Assembly (NCBI RefSeq): GCF_003918875.1
Contig: NW_025766092.1
Span: 806,001 to 870,000 of the forward strand
Length of the DNA stretch: 64,000 nucleotides
Direction of reading: 5' to 3'
Source: Haliotis rubra
Taxonomy: Eukaryota
The notes beneath the pieces are model-generated. The model was given only the letters and a program-made list of their open reading frames with translations, was not told the DNA's origin and made no database searches. Shown piece after piece: positions 1 through 12,256 of the stretch. A program made the position numbers and the translations under genes. The stretch's first letter is position 1. Each line of letters opens with the position of its first letter.

Positions 1-105
1 CCCTTTGAATTTGTCATAAACCATAATTAACTGTGTTCAAACAAGCAGCATATTTACATAATTATGGTGTATGTAACTATGTACTTTTGTTATGTTACCA
101 TGGAG

Positions 106-209
106 TGAGTAAGTTTTGTTTTATGCTGCACTCAGCAATATTCCAGCTATATGGCGGTGGTCTGTAAATAATCGAGTCTGGACCAGACAATCCAGTGATC
201 AACAGCACG
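106..209 (-). mobile_element. 5'-truncated SINE, family B
   Basis: Matches the 3' half of the full copies; 14-bp direct repeat atgttaccatggag at 92-105 and 210-223. Confidence 0.85.
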
Positions 210-2621
210 ATGTTACCATGGAGACTGTACAGGTGAGAATCAATACGCTACCTGCATCCAGACTTAAAATATCGTCCATGATGCAGAAGATAGAAAGTGC
301 TGATATAAAGAATGTGTGACAAAGTAATATACCCATAATTCCTAGCAACATGCCCTTTACAACAATGCACAAACTGGACTCTTCTGTCACTGGGCAAAAC
401 GTAGAAAATTATTAATAAGAAATTGATGTGAAACAGATGCATTAGTAACATAATTTCCCCAAAATTTCCAAATCCAAACTTAAATATATTGATGATGAAA
501 TATGAATCAGAATGATATTCTCTCGAAATGCAACAGATCCTCAAGCCATCAATATGTATGAATTCAAAGGGAAGCTGTATAATTCATACTTCTATAATTT
601 TGAGAAATTATGTTACATACAATTCCAACATATCTCCCAGCACCGAACTATGTCTTCAGTTTATATACAGGACAAACAGTGAATACAACATTTATGGTGA
701 GTATAAAAAATAATTGCATTACAATTTGGTGAGCAAAATAAAATCACAGATAAAGATAAATATAGAGAAAAAAGTGAGATTTGCATAGTAAAGTTACAGT
801 TTTTTACACTGATATGCTTGAAAAGTGAAAAGATATTATGTACATAAAAAGTGCCTGTTCAAATATTATTGAATACAAAAGGCCATATGACTGTACATGA
901 TTGTAATGAGATCAGGTTTGACACCATGGAAAAAAATGCAAGTGATAAATAAGAGATATTTACAGGAATAAGGCTGCAACGAAACAATTCTTCATTCTCA
1001 GACAATGGCAAACAAGCAAAACATTTCTCATGAAAGCATTTTATTTTGGATTTTGGAAAATATGAAAATTCTGATTCCTAGGATCAAACTCATTGTCTGT
1101 GAACCAACACTGTTTCTGCTTGCCCTAAAATGTAAATGTTTATATGGAGTTTAACATGGTAGACCAATAGTTGGTCTGTGATGGATTAAAATGTGTAAGA
1201 CCAACTGTCAGTGATAGCATCTTGTGTTAATTCTGACTATGAAACAATTTTCATAAATTGTCCCATGGAGTAAAGGAAAACACACTGAAAGATGTGTCAT
1301 ACCACTCAGCACCAACAAAGCCAGTCAGTTTGTGATGAAGTGAGTCAGCTTATCACTCACTTACATTACCATAAACACATAGTCTGTGGTACCAACTTCT
1401 TGAAAGACATAAAAACTATACTGACCTCTTCTGAAGAATTTTTCAACTTGAAAAACATATTCTACTTTCACTGGACATTATCACTTGTGCGTGCAACAAT
1501 TTCTGTCATCAACCATTGATCGTCTCCTCACAAATGAAAAACATGAAGTCAACTCCAATATGAATTCTTTGAAATATTTACCATGCTCCTCAGGACATCT
1601 GTCCAAAAATGTTGATATATACACATGGAAAAAAGTATTGCAACATCTATGATTATAGCCAACCCCTGCCATAACGGCTATTTATATTCATGTCAAATTT
1701 ATGTTTGTTTGTTTGTATGATTTAAATTTTCACCCTTCAGGTGCATCACATAATGATTTTAGATATGCACTCGCTATTATCAAAGATGAGACATCAAGTG
1801 CAATATGTGTACCCATCATTAATCAAATATCAAGTTTCAGTAAACTGTTCTTACAGCTCAGTATCATGGAAAATCAATTAAATAATGGGCCTCCTTAATT
1901 GACAACTGCTCAAAGAGGGCATGTTATTGGTATGTCATTGAGGACTATTGCAAGACAAGTTGGTTGTCATCCATCTATTATCAGCTCATTGTCCAGAAAG
2001 CCCCAGCAAACCAATGATGTTAAGGACCATCAGTGTTCAGGTCAACCACGAGTGGCAAGGTCAATGGTGGATACATCCCTTCTCAGAATCAACTGACTTC
2101 ATCCATTCTGTTAGCATGTTAAGAACATGACTGGCCTCGACTTCGATGTTTGCCCATCGCTTAAAGTCAGCTGGATATAGAGCTAGTATGACCTATCAGA
2201 CATTATCTCTGAGCAGAAAACAGCATGACCAGCCTGGTGTCAAGCTCACAAACGCTGGAATTTGACGTAACTGGAACTGGTCCACTGGTCAGACAAAATT
2301 CAATTTCTTTTGTTCTTGTCTGATGGTCATACTCGTGTTTGGCACTACAGAAACACTGTACACTTGTACACAAGGGAATATGCTGGAGTATTGGTGGGAG
2401 TTCATTGATGGTGACTGTGGGCCTCTCACGTGATTGTACACTTGACCTTGTGACAATCAGACAAAATTTGAATGGACAACAGTACATCAGTGTCATCCTA
2501 AACTGGGTTGTTTTACCACGATGACATCCTCTGAACACAAGGCCAGTCTCCATTGACAACATTGCTGGTCCATATCGTGCATGAGCCACTGGTGATTTCT
2601 TAGATTAAGAGGATAGGAGTC

Positions 2622-2899
2622 CTGGCCCCAATTTCTCGAAACAAACTTAAGTTTTTACTCAAATTTCAAACTGAGTTTGACAATTTGAAACAACTGAATA
2701 TTTAGCCCAACTGCATTTTTCAAATGAAAAAAAACCCAAACAACTTAAGTCATCTATCCACCAAACTCAAATTGTCTACTATGTTTGAGTTAAATATCGA
2801 TTTTAGGTCATTCTGGGAAATGCATTTTCTCAAATTGGAGTAAAAGCTCTACCTTAAGTCGAACTCAGATTTAAGTTTGTTTCGAGAAATCAGGGCCAG
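2622..2899. mobile_element. MITE inserted in the Tc1 SPDLNPIE motif
   Basis: ~29-bp terminal inverted repeats ctggccccaatttctcgaaacaaacttaa / ttaagtttgtttcgagaaatcagggccag. Confidence 0.85.
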
Positions 2900-3171
2900 A
2901 TCTCAATCCCATAGAGCAATTGTTTGAGACATTGGGCAGTAGGATATGCCAGACGTATAACAAATCTTGATGTACTGGAATAAGCCCTCCATCGAGAATG
3001 GAATGCAAGACCTAATCACAAATTCAGCGTCTGATACAGTCCATGGATGTTAGTGCATTTGACAGAGGTTACACCAGATACTGAGATTGTGCTTTGTTAT
3101 TGATACTTTTGAGATTTCTTGAGGATTGTATGACAGAATCTTGAAAATGACAACACTTTTTACTGTCATAT

Positions 3172-3277
3172 GCGATTCCCCACTTGGGTACAATGTGTGA
3201 AGCCCATTTCTGGTGACCCCCGCCTGATATTGCTGGAATATTGCTAAAAGCAGCGTAAAACCATACTCACTCACTCA
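3172..3277 (+). mobile_element. 5'-truncated tRNA-derived SINE, family A
   Basis: Same body and (actc)n tail as 9060-9220; flanked by actgtcatat direct repeats. Confidence 0.85.
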
Positions 3278-4735
3278 CTGTCATATATACCTCTCTGAAT
3301 AAACTGCAGTTATTCATTCTTTTTGTGAGTAGATTTTTTCATTTAATTATCCCCTGATGGTCAACCCATCAAGATAGTTAATTGAGGTTTGGATAAGTTG
3401 CCCTGCTATGTTTAATGGTAGCACATTGATACTGTGATAAATATGGGGTGTTCTGATACTTTTTTCCATGTGTATATTTCATTTGCCAAGTATGGAACAA
3501 ACTGGTAATACTTAATTTCTTGTAAGGAAATATCTTATAAGAGCACAAGGTGTTTATTTATGAGTAAACAAGAAATTTATTGAAAAAAACCCCAACCAAA
3601 ATGTGAAAAAAAAAATCAAAGATTTAAAAAACAAACTTAAAAGAAACAGAAATAACCCTGTTCATTCTTATTGACAGGGACACCAAGGCAACATGTCTTT
3701 TCATATCCTTGCATTTATTTCACCCTGCAGACCATAAATTTACAGATATCTTTAAAAAATGATATCTTTGTATTATATTTATAGTTTCAGTTCAGTCACC
3801 TTCCAATGGTTTGGAAAATAAATATCGGTAAACCAAACACTAAATAAGAAAAGTTGAAAAACATCAAAAGTATTGCATCACCAGGAGTCTGGTGTTTCAC
3901 CTAAATATCCACGTAAATCCTTGATCAAGTTTATTCATCTATTATGAATGACTCAGTATTCATCAATATTAGAACAAGTTAGGGCAGTTATTCACCTATT
4001 GCCCACAACTTTCCCAAACTGACCATTAAATGTCACAAACAGGAAGTTAAGTCTCCACAAAACATCATAACAGATTCCACATTTTCCAATCATATATTCT
4101 TAGAATGTATTTATGTTTTCACACCCTCCATGCATGGCACTAGTTCAGTGTTGTTTTATAAGGCAGAGGGTTCGTAAAGGATTTACAGTACTTCATAATG
4201 AAAACATTCAAGACAAATGAAATAATTACTCTTAATTCAAGTATAATCAGATGGAAAATAGTGGTGTGGAATGTAGTGTTTCATATAAATATGCCAACAA
4301 TAAAACAAACTATTTAACAAACCAACAGAATAAAAAACAATATCAAAATAACATCTCTGATTCAAGCAGCATTTGCTCATGTCAGTTTGTTCTTGGATGC
4401 ACGCATCTGCTTGCACCCGAACCAAAACAAATTGAGAATAATATCTCACAAATATTCGTAAACTGCTTACAGTTTAATAAGGCCAGGCATGTGCAACTTT
4501 TGTAGGGAGCAGTTCAATGGCTTAATGACAAGATTAAAATATTAAATATCGGCAAATTATTTCTTCTCATGGTCACACACATATCCAACTCGTGCAACAA
4601 CCTAAAACTCCTCATCATGATCAGTCACAATACATTGATGACTTGTTCATAGAAGTCACTGCTGACTTATAAAATTACCTCTTGAGGGAGAAAAGCATCC
4701 CTAGCAAGCTTTTCGAAAAAGCATAAATGACCCTG

Positions 4736-4953
4736 AACATAGAGATTTTTTTCTGGGTTACATCTTCTTTTTATTCTCGAGTACAACGTTTCAGGGCTTG
4801 TTCTGGCCCCATCATCAGGAAAAACTGTAGTATACCTGATGATGGGGCCAGAACAAGCCCTGAAACGTTGTACTCGAGAATAAAAAGAAGATGTAACCCA
4901 GAAAAAATCTCTATGTTCATCAAATATCATCTTCTAAAATGCCAATCAAGCAT
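4736..4953. mobile_element. Palindromic Penelope-like element fragment with a hammerhead core in each arm
   Basis: ~84-bp near-perfect inverted arms, 15-nt spacer; CTGATGA..GAAAC GTT followed by AATAAA; 13-bp direct repeat ataaatgaccctg at 4723-4735 and 4954-4966. Confidence 0.75.
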
Positions 4954-6119
4954 ATAAATGACCCTGTCGTTGATCTCTAAATATCTATACATAGGCCATT
5001 CATCCTTGCATAAAACACTCCTCTTTCAGATCAGCTAGTAAATCTGGATCCAGCAAATATACACATATTCATCATGTTTTTTTATTATCTGTAGAACATG
5101 AGCTGCAGAGTATTGACAAACATCAATTTGAAGTGACCTTGATTTAAGCCATGGATGATTTTCAGCCATGTGAGAAGGTAGAACACACTTGTGACTGCAG
5201 ATGTTGGCCTTCCATTGTTCCAATACAAAAAAGAAAAATCTGTTCTGATACAGTCACCAGTGTTAGAAAACAGAAAAATCATGTATTCCAATACATTTCA
5301 ATATTAAAGAGCGAATTGTGAAAAATAGTGTATTGATATAATATAGAAGTGAAGATTAATCTGAATTGTTGTATCACAATGATACAACTTGTACACGTGT
5401 GCGTCTATAATTATAGTTAGACTGATATCAAAGATGTAATCCTTAAAACCACATTGCCAAACAATGTACATATTGGTGGCTAAACATACAATATTGCACT
5501 TTGACATTATTGAATCTGAATAATGGTAAAATAAATGTGTATTTTGCCAAAACATTGCTTGCATTGTCCAATGGCATTATTGTGATGTCTTGGTAAATAG
5601 GAGTGAAAATGGAAAGTATTAAATCTCCTAATACACCTTGATTTTACTGGTGATGTCATACAATTCATGAAATGTCTACTGCCATGCTAGGAACTAGCTA
5701 TAACTAGCTGTCTCTTCCAATGCCCTTCTTTAAACTCCAGAGTGCGGTGTCCTTCTTGGAGTGAGTAATGTGACACATTTTCAGGATTCTCAACCTTTTC
5801 TCTTCATGCAATTTCTAACCATAAATTTCCTTTCAAGGAAAAAGTGCTATGAAAGCAGCCAGGAAGCCTCTCCATCTTGAAAAGCTTGATAAATCTTTCA
5901 AAATTATCATGGTCTTCTGTGAACAGTTTCTTTTCTCTGCCACCATGTTCCATGTTGTAGACCATCCATTCCTAAAGCTCCCAGCCTAGCTAATCCTGCT
6001 GCTACTCCTTGGTCTACAAGCTTCTCTTGTGGGCAGCCATGATACACATAGTATCAGTAGCTGATGGCCACCAGAACAGGATTTCCTGTTGACAGAACCC
6101 AGAACAAGCCAGTTATTCC

Positions 6120-6674
6120 TCAGCCATAGTTTGATGCTGTGGGATCTATAGGTGGTGTCAAGTGGTTGAGAACTCGAACAGGACTAAACTTATCACGAAG
6201 CCTTTTCTCAGGAGTAAAATTATTGTTCCTTTCAAATGTGAAATGACTCTCATTGGTGAGCACAGAATCTGGTGTTGCTAACGCTGTCCTGTTGCTTTCA
6301 CTAGCGGTCTCAAAACCACACAAACTGTCCGTGGAAGAATAGCTCCACCGGTCTGCCAAAAAGAGCTTGGGAGACTTGTGGGGGGTTAGCTGGGAGATAC
6401 AGGCACTTAGTTTGGCTTGAGCGTTAACTGTTGCTGGAACATAGCAGTCCATGGGATCATCTAAAGCGGTATCAAAACTCCCTGATCTACTGCTACGCTG
6501 TGATGGTTCACCATCATCGTCATCATCATCACTAGATTCACCTTCTGTACAGTGATTGTCCTCAAAGGCATAGTTTGTGGCTTGACCTTCAGATCCAGTT
6601 ATCACTATCTGGGGTTTAGCGCCACTGGAAGCAGCTAACTCAGCCATGAACTGGTAAATATAACGATACTCATC
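6120..6674 (-). CDS. RPTP terminal coding exon: DEYRYIYQFMAEL followed by a ~170-aa Ser/acidic low-complexity tail and TGA
   Basis: ttttcag acceptor; EYRYIY closes D2; continues through the 175-aa ORF 6120..6647. Confidence 0.9.
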   Translation of the reverse strand, partial: DEYRYIYQFMAELAASSGAKPQIVITGSEGQATNYAFEDNHCTEGESSDDDDDDGEPSQRSSRSGSFDTALDDPMDCYVPATVNAQAKLSACISQLTPHKSPKLFLADRWSYSSTDSLCGFETASESNRTALATPDSVLTNESHFTFERNNNFTPEKRLRDKFSPVRVLNHLTPPIDPTASNYG

Positions 6675-7293
6675 CTGAAAAAATGAACATGTAGAAAATC
6701 AGAATAAATCTCTGTGGTATGATTCCTGTTATCTATAATGCATGTGCTTTTTTAGCGAGTGACACAGAGGATGGGAGCATGGGTGTTTGAGTTGAATGAG
6801 TGAGTGGGTGAGTAAGTGAGTGAGTGGGTTGGTGGATGAGTGAGTAAGGTGAGTGTGTGGGAGAGTGAGTGCATGCGTAGTTGTGTAAGTGAGTTGTCGC
6901 AAACCAATTCCAAGATTCTCACAATATGTTAAAAACATATCTGATTAATCGTATCAAATGTTGAATGGTATATTGGTACTACTTAAAGAAGAATTTGAAA
7001 CAAAAATGTAAATTCTAGTTTTCAAATTAAAAAATCTACCATGGTATCATTAGTTTCTAATTTCTATAAGCAACATGTCTCGACACAAACCTTAGTTTAA
7101 GACTAGCAAAATTTTCATTCCATTATTTCTTATTCTTTCAGAGTAAAAAGCGTTATAAATGACAATAAAATGTGAAATAAGTTCAACCGAAAATGTTGCT
7201 CGAAGAGTTCCTAAAAACAAATGAGCCAGTTTCTGTAACCATTGTGGTACAACATGTATGTAGCAAGTATATGTTTTTATTTATTAGACTTAC

Positions 7294-7429
7294 AACATTT
7301 GGCACAAGTTGGGGTCTGTTTCGTTTGATGAGCCTTACAGCGTTGAAGATGTCCACCTCACCATCCGTCCGCAGCTGTTCCGAGCAGATGTTGATGCCGC
7401 AGTAGATGCCAATCCTACAGGAACCATCT
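7294..7429 (-). CDS. RPTP D2 exon: (K)DGSCRIGIYCGINICSEQLRTDGEVDIFNAVRLIKRNRPQLVPNV
   Basis: 136 nt; VDIF.AVR..RP motif; acag/gtaag. Confidence 0.95.
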
Positions 7430-7516
7430 CTGTGGGAACAAGAATACACACATATAAGATAATCACCTATGCAGTCTTTGTGTAATGATGCTAGCTGCTG
7501 ATACAAAACACAGGCA

Positions 7517-8620
7517 TTAACAGGGGTTGTATCATGTTATTAACAGGGGTTTTTTTCTGGTTACTAACAGGGATTGTATCATGTTATTAACAGGGATTGT
7601 TTCATGTTATTTACAGGGATTATATCATGTTATTAACAGGGATTATATCATGTTATTAACAAGGATTGTATCATGTTATTAACAGGGATTATATCATGTT
7701 ATTGACAGGGATTGTATCATGTTATTAACAGGGATTATATCATGTTATTAACAGGGATTGTATCATGTTATTAACAGGGGTTTATCATGTTATTAACAGG
7801 GATTATATCATGTTATTGACAGGGATTGTATCATGTTATCAACAGGGATTGTATCATGTTATTAACAGGGATTGTATCATGTTATTAACAGGGATTGTAT
7901 CATGTTATTAACAGGGATTGTATCATGTTACTAACAGGGATTGTATCATGTTATTAACAGGGATTGTTTCATGTTATTTACAGGGATTATATCATGTTAT
8001 TAACAGGGATTATATCATGTTATTAACAGGGATTGTATCATGTTATTAACAGGGATTGTATCATGTTATTAACAGGGATTGTATCATGTTATTAACAGGG
8101 ATTATATCATGTTATTAACAGGGATTGTATCATGTTATTAACAGGGGTTTATCATGTTATAAACAGGGATTATATCATGTTATTGATGAGGATTGTATCA
8201 TGTTATCAACAGGATTGTATCATGTTATTAACAGGGATTGTATCATGTTATTAACAGGGATTTATCATGTTATTAACAGGGATTATATCATGTTATTGAC
8301 AGGGATTGTATCATGTTATTAACAGGGATTATATCATGTTATTGACAGGGATTGTATCATGTTATTAACAGGGATTGTATCATGTTATTAACAGGAATTA
8401 TATCATGTTATTAACAGGGATTGTATCATGTTATTAACAGGGATTATGATCAAGTTATTAACAGGGATTATGATCAAGTTATTAACATGGGATTATATCA
8501 TGTTTTTAACAGGGATTGTTTCATGTTATTAACAGGGATTGTATCATGTTATTAACAGGGATTATATCATGTTATTAACAGGGATTATATCATGTTACTG
8601 ACAGGGATTGTATCATGCAT
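7517..8620. repeat. 23-bp minisatellite (aacagggattgtatcatgttatt)n
   Basis: Visible tandem array, ~48 units. Confidence 0.97.
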
Positions 8621-8790
8621 TTCACAGGGGATTTATGTGGGATTCATGTGGGATTTATTATGTGATTGTCATGGTTACCTGTGTATAACCTTGAAAAGTT
8701 AGCATCCAGTGTGTCACTACAGTGTCATAATATCATGGTCATCTTCAGTGTATATCATTGTCAGTCCCCTTATTTTTTCACACAGTAAAG

Positions 8791-9028
8791 GTTTGTTTGT
8801 TGTTTAACCCCGTACTCAGCAATATTCCAGCTATATGGCGGAGGCCTGTAAATAATCAAGTCTGGACCAGATGATCCAGTGATCAGCATTATGAGCATCA
8901 ATCAACACAATTGGGATACGATGACATGTCAACCAAGTCGGCGAGCCTGACCACCCGATCCTGTTAGTCGCCTCTTACGACAAGCATGGGTTACTGAAGA
9001 TCAATTGTAACCTGGATCTTCATGGGTA
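8791..9028 (-). mobile_element. Full-length SINE, family B (non-tRNA structured head)
   Basis: Reverse complement of the 26220 and 41079 copies. Confidence 0.9.
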
Positions 9029-9059
9029 CTCGGTATAGGTATTGTTGATTCAGGACACA

Positions 9060-9220
9060 GGGCGGTAGGGTAGCCTAGTGGGTAAAGCGTTCGCTCGTCA
9101 CGCCGAAGGCCCGGGTTCGATTCCCAACATGGGTAAAATGTGTGAAGCCCATTTCTGGTGTCCCCCGCCGTGATATTGCTGGAATATTGCTAAAAGCGGC
9201 TTAAACTCACTCACTCACCA
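9060..9220 (+). mobile_element. Full-length tRNA-derived SINE, family A
   Basis: A box tagcctagtgg, B box ggttcgattcc, (actc)n tail; 14-bp TSD tgattcaggacaca. Confidence 0.93.
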
Positions 9221-9332
9221 TGATTCAGGACACATCAATCTACTCAATCTTGAACTAATCACCTACACCACTTTTCATCCATCAACCAAACCAACAAAGT
9301 AAATAATGCACAAAGCAACTTGCTTTTTCAAA

Positions 9333-9775
9333 AGCAAGAGTGCTGATCTAGAGATGACCTACTTGGGCATGACACTGATCGGGTTCATGGGTTCTTCAAG
9401 GCAAGAGTGCTGATCTAGAGATGACCTACTTGGGCATGACACTGATCGGGTTCATGGGTTCTTCAAGGCAAGAGTGCTGATCTAGAGATGACCTGCTTGG
9501 GCATGACACTGATCGGGTTCATGGGTTCTTAAAAGCAAGAGTGCTGATCTAGAGATGACCTACTTGGACATGACACAGATTGGGTTCATGGGTTCTTCAA
9601 GGCAAGAGTGCTGATCTAGAGATGACCTACATGGACATGACACAGATTGGGTTCATGGGTACTTAAAGGAAAGGATGCTGATGACCTACATGGACATGAC
9701 ACAGATTGGGTTCATGGGTTCTTAAAGGAAAGGATGATGATGACCTACTTGGACATGACACAGATTGGGTTCATA
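9333..9775. repeat. ~67-bp tandem repeat copying the 3' end and donor site of exon 9749-9924
   Basis: About 6 extra copies of gacctac(t/a)tgg(g/a)catgacac..gggttcat. Confidence 0.92.
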
Positions 9776-9924
9776 GGGTTGGTCTTCTTCTGCCATTGGT
9801 CAGCACTGTTCATGACGTAGGTCAGTGACTTGGCCGACACATGGATGCGGGATCGGCTACTGCTGCCTGTGATCTGGAACATCTTCACCACCAGGTCATC
9901 ACTAGAGGGCGCTTTACTTGTAGT
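9749..9924 (-). CDS. RPTP D2 exon: TTSKAPSSDDLVVKMFQITGSSSRSRIHVSAKSLTYVMNSADQWQKKTNPMNPICVMS(K)
   Basis: 176 nt; ends in phase 2 at the P-loop, like the D1 counterpart; gcag/gtagg. Confidence 0.88.
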
Positions 9925-10525
9925 CTGCCAATCACAAGATAACATTTACAGACAATGATATAAGCAACTTGAAGAATTTTGGCTATATCCTTTAAATTGT
10001 TTGGGATTCAATTTTCTGAAAGACAAGGAATTTTTGTGCCTATATCCCATTAAATTTTCTATGGTAGTCTTCCATCCAAAGGCCATTGTAGACTCTCAGT
10101 CTCCAGTTTGGTCACCATTCAAGCACAGATAAGCTTTTTCCAGACTGTAAATTAGTCTGGGACAAACAATCCAGTGATTGATGTTGTGGGCAAGAATGCA
10201 CACCATTGGGATACCCTGACATGCAATCCCCAAGCCTGACCACCCAATTCATTTCACAACTCTATGACAGGCTAAGTTGCAGGGATGAATTCTAACCCAG
10301 AAAGCCAATGGGGAATACTGCTTTTTGGAAAAGGAAAGGTGCATTTTGTAATTTGTTGTATTTGTAACAAGTTTACTTTTGGTATGCTTTAGTACGCTTC
10401 AAGCAAAAGTTGGAGTACAAGCCACTGCACCACTCTCTGGATCTGCTTCAGAACACATCCGCTCATGGAATTACCACAATTGAAAACCTTTTTGTGACTT
10501 ATCACTGTGATAAAAGCTTACTTAC

Positions 10526-10648
10526 CTTGCGAATAGAAAATGCTCGGATGACAATCTGTGTGTACCGACCACATCCCAGGTACTTGACTGAGATTGGACC
10601 ATATTTGCTCTCATCTTCTAGTTGTTTTGGCCAGAAACGTGGATATGA
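10526..10648 (-). CDS. RPTP D2 exon: SYPRFWPKQLEDESKYGPISVKYLGCGRYTQIVIRAFSIRK
   Basis: 123 nt; FWP..YGPISV motif; gcag/gtaag. Confidence 0.93.
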
Positions 10649-11390
10649 CTGCAAGCACACAATAAACCACTACTTGACTCAGATGAATAAAACATTTACT
10701 TCACAGAATATTTAACATGCTTATACAAGCTGTGTCACAACTGTTTGAAAAATTGAGTGATGACCATGTAGCTGATAGCATGAGTGAAAATCCATGTCAG
10801 TGAAATGATGAAACCGTCGAAATCAGTTCTTATGGCAAGCATAGGAAGCTGGGGATAGATTCTTACAGGGAGTCCCTCAGGGACCAAGATGCAGAAGACA
10901 TGTAAACAAAATTACAAATGTTGCCGATGATAAGCATGGAGTGCACAAAGATTTCTTTCAGTGTATACCAAACAGTATTGTGGTTACCATGGTTACCATA
11001 TCCTTTCATCCCTTCACCTTAACTAACATATTTCTTCATGCTATTACTTGGTACCCCAGGTTGTCCAGTATTGGACTCCATCTTCAAAACAGAAACTGAA
11101 ATGAATTCGGGAGATGGATATCCCTATGAAAACGCTTTCATTTTCAATAGTGAATCCTCATTCAAATCCTCGTCCGATGAAATATGGCATATCTTGAGGA
11201 TAGTGATTGAAAAGGTACCAGTATGTAGTTTGAATTTCTTTTATGTGTAGCCAGTTTAGGATGTGCATAATGACCGACTTTCTTCTTGGAAAGTCCATCA
11301 CCCTCAGTAGAGACATAGAGCTGATAACTGAAAACTGGATGTAGGGAGACCTGCAGCCGAGACAGCAGACGTCGAAGTATGGACACTCAC

Positions 11391-11522
11391 CCTGGAGAAC
11401 TTGACGTCATTGAGGACAACAAGTGTGTTGATCTTGTAGTCATACAACAACCTCCAGATGTCGTTCACTGTGTTCTTCTTTGGCCACTGTGTACAGAGGT
11501 AGGTGTTTTCCTGACTGTACCC
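11391..11522 (-). CDS. RPTP D2 exon: GYSQENTYLCTQWPKKNTVNDIWRLLYDYKINTLVVLNDVKFSR
   Basis: 132 nt; TQxP..NTV.DxWRL motif; gcag/gtgag. Confidence 0.95.
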
Positions 11523-11696
11523 CTGCATTACAACAAATAAACTTATTTAGTTCATTCTTAAAATCATCAAACCACTAGGAGATCCTGGTTACTTTTGGTC
11601 CCGAGCAAGCAATACTGACCAAATGGATCAGTAATTGGGGTCAGTGACTTGCTTCATTGAATGTCTTCATTATCTCATTCAGTGCATTTTCCAGAC

Positions 11697-12256
11697 CCCA
11701 GCCAACATACAATGTTTTTGCAACATTGTGGGAAGGTGGGAATGGTAACATCATGACACAACGTTAGTATTACGTCATTTTATAATGTTATGTCACAACG
11801 TAATAACAATGTTGCATTTACGTTGAGGAAACGTTTCTCTTTGGGCGCCTTAACCTCATAATGTTTCTTAAAACTTGTCACGATACATTTTTCTGTACAA
11901 CTTTTCGCTTTGAGATTCTTTCTTCAGTACTCATCTACAGCTTCAGAAAACACACGACCAAAACATCATGCAAATTGATGAATAAACATTGAAGTGAATT
12001 TCTGCTTTGTTTCTCATGTACTGTTCACTAATGGGAAGACTAGTCAACTATTAACATTAAATAGAATGTTAAGACAACGTAAAATACATTAGCATGAATA
12101 ACTTTACTTTTTGGCGATGTAAAAATGACGTATCACCTCAGGCCACAACATAGTGACAACGTAAAGGGCAGTCCAGAGAATAATGTTGTACAAACGAAAC
12201 CATAATGTTGTGACAACATTATGACAACGTTGTAACAATGTGGAATTGTTAGCGGG
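11697..12256. mobile_element. Non-autonomous DNA transposon (CCCAG-type ends) nested in a decayed family-B SINE
   Basis: Ends cccagccaaca / tgttagcggg; many subterminal aacgtt/aacatt repeats. Confidence 0.6.

Larger units (their letters stand above)
1880..3335 (+). mobile_element. Decayed Tc1/mariner transposase remnant
   Basis: HTH-like MSLRTIARQVGCHPSII, GGSSLMV..NLNGQQY and SPDLNPIE (~2899-2925) in broken frames; boundaries approximate. Confidence 0.8.

Noticed and set aside
6055-6119. Stop-codon readthrough extension of the RPTP
   Set aside because: Only about 21 codons to the next stop and no typical TGA-CTA context
9060-9135. tRNA gene (also at 22045, 27020, 35190)
   Set aside because: tRNA-like head runs into a SINE body, tail and TSD
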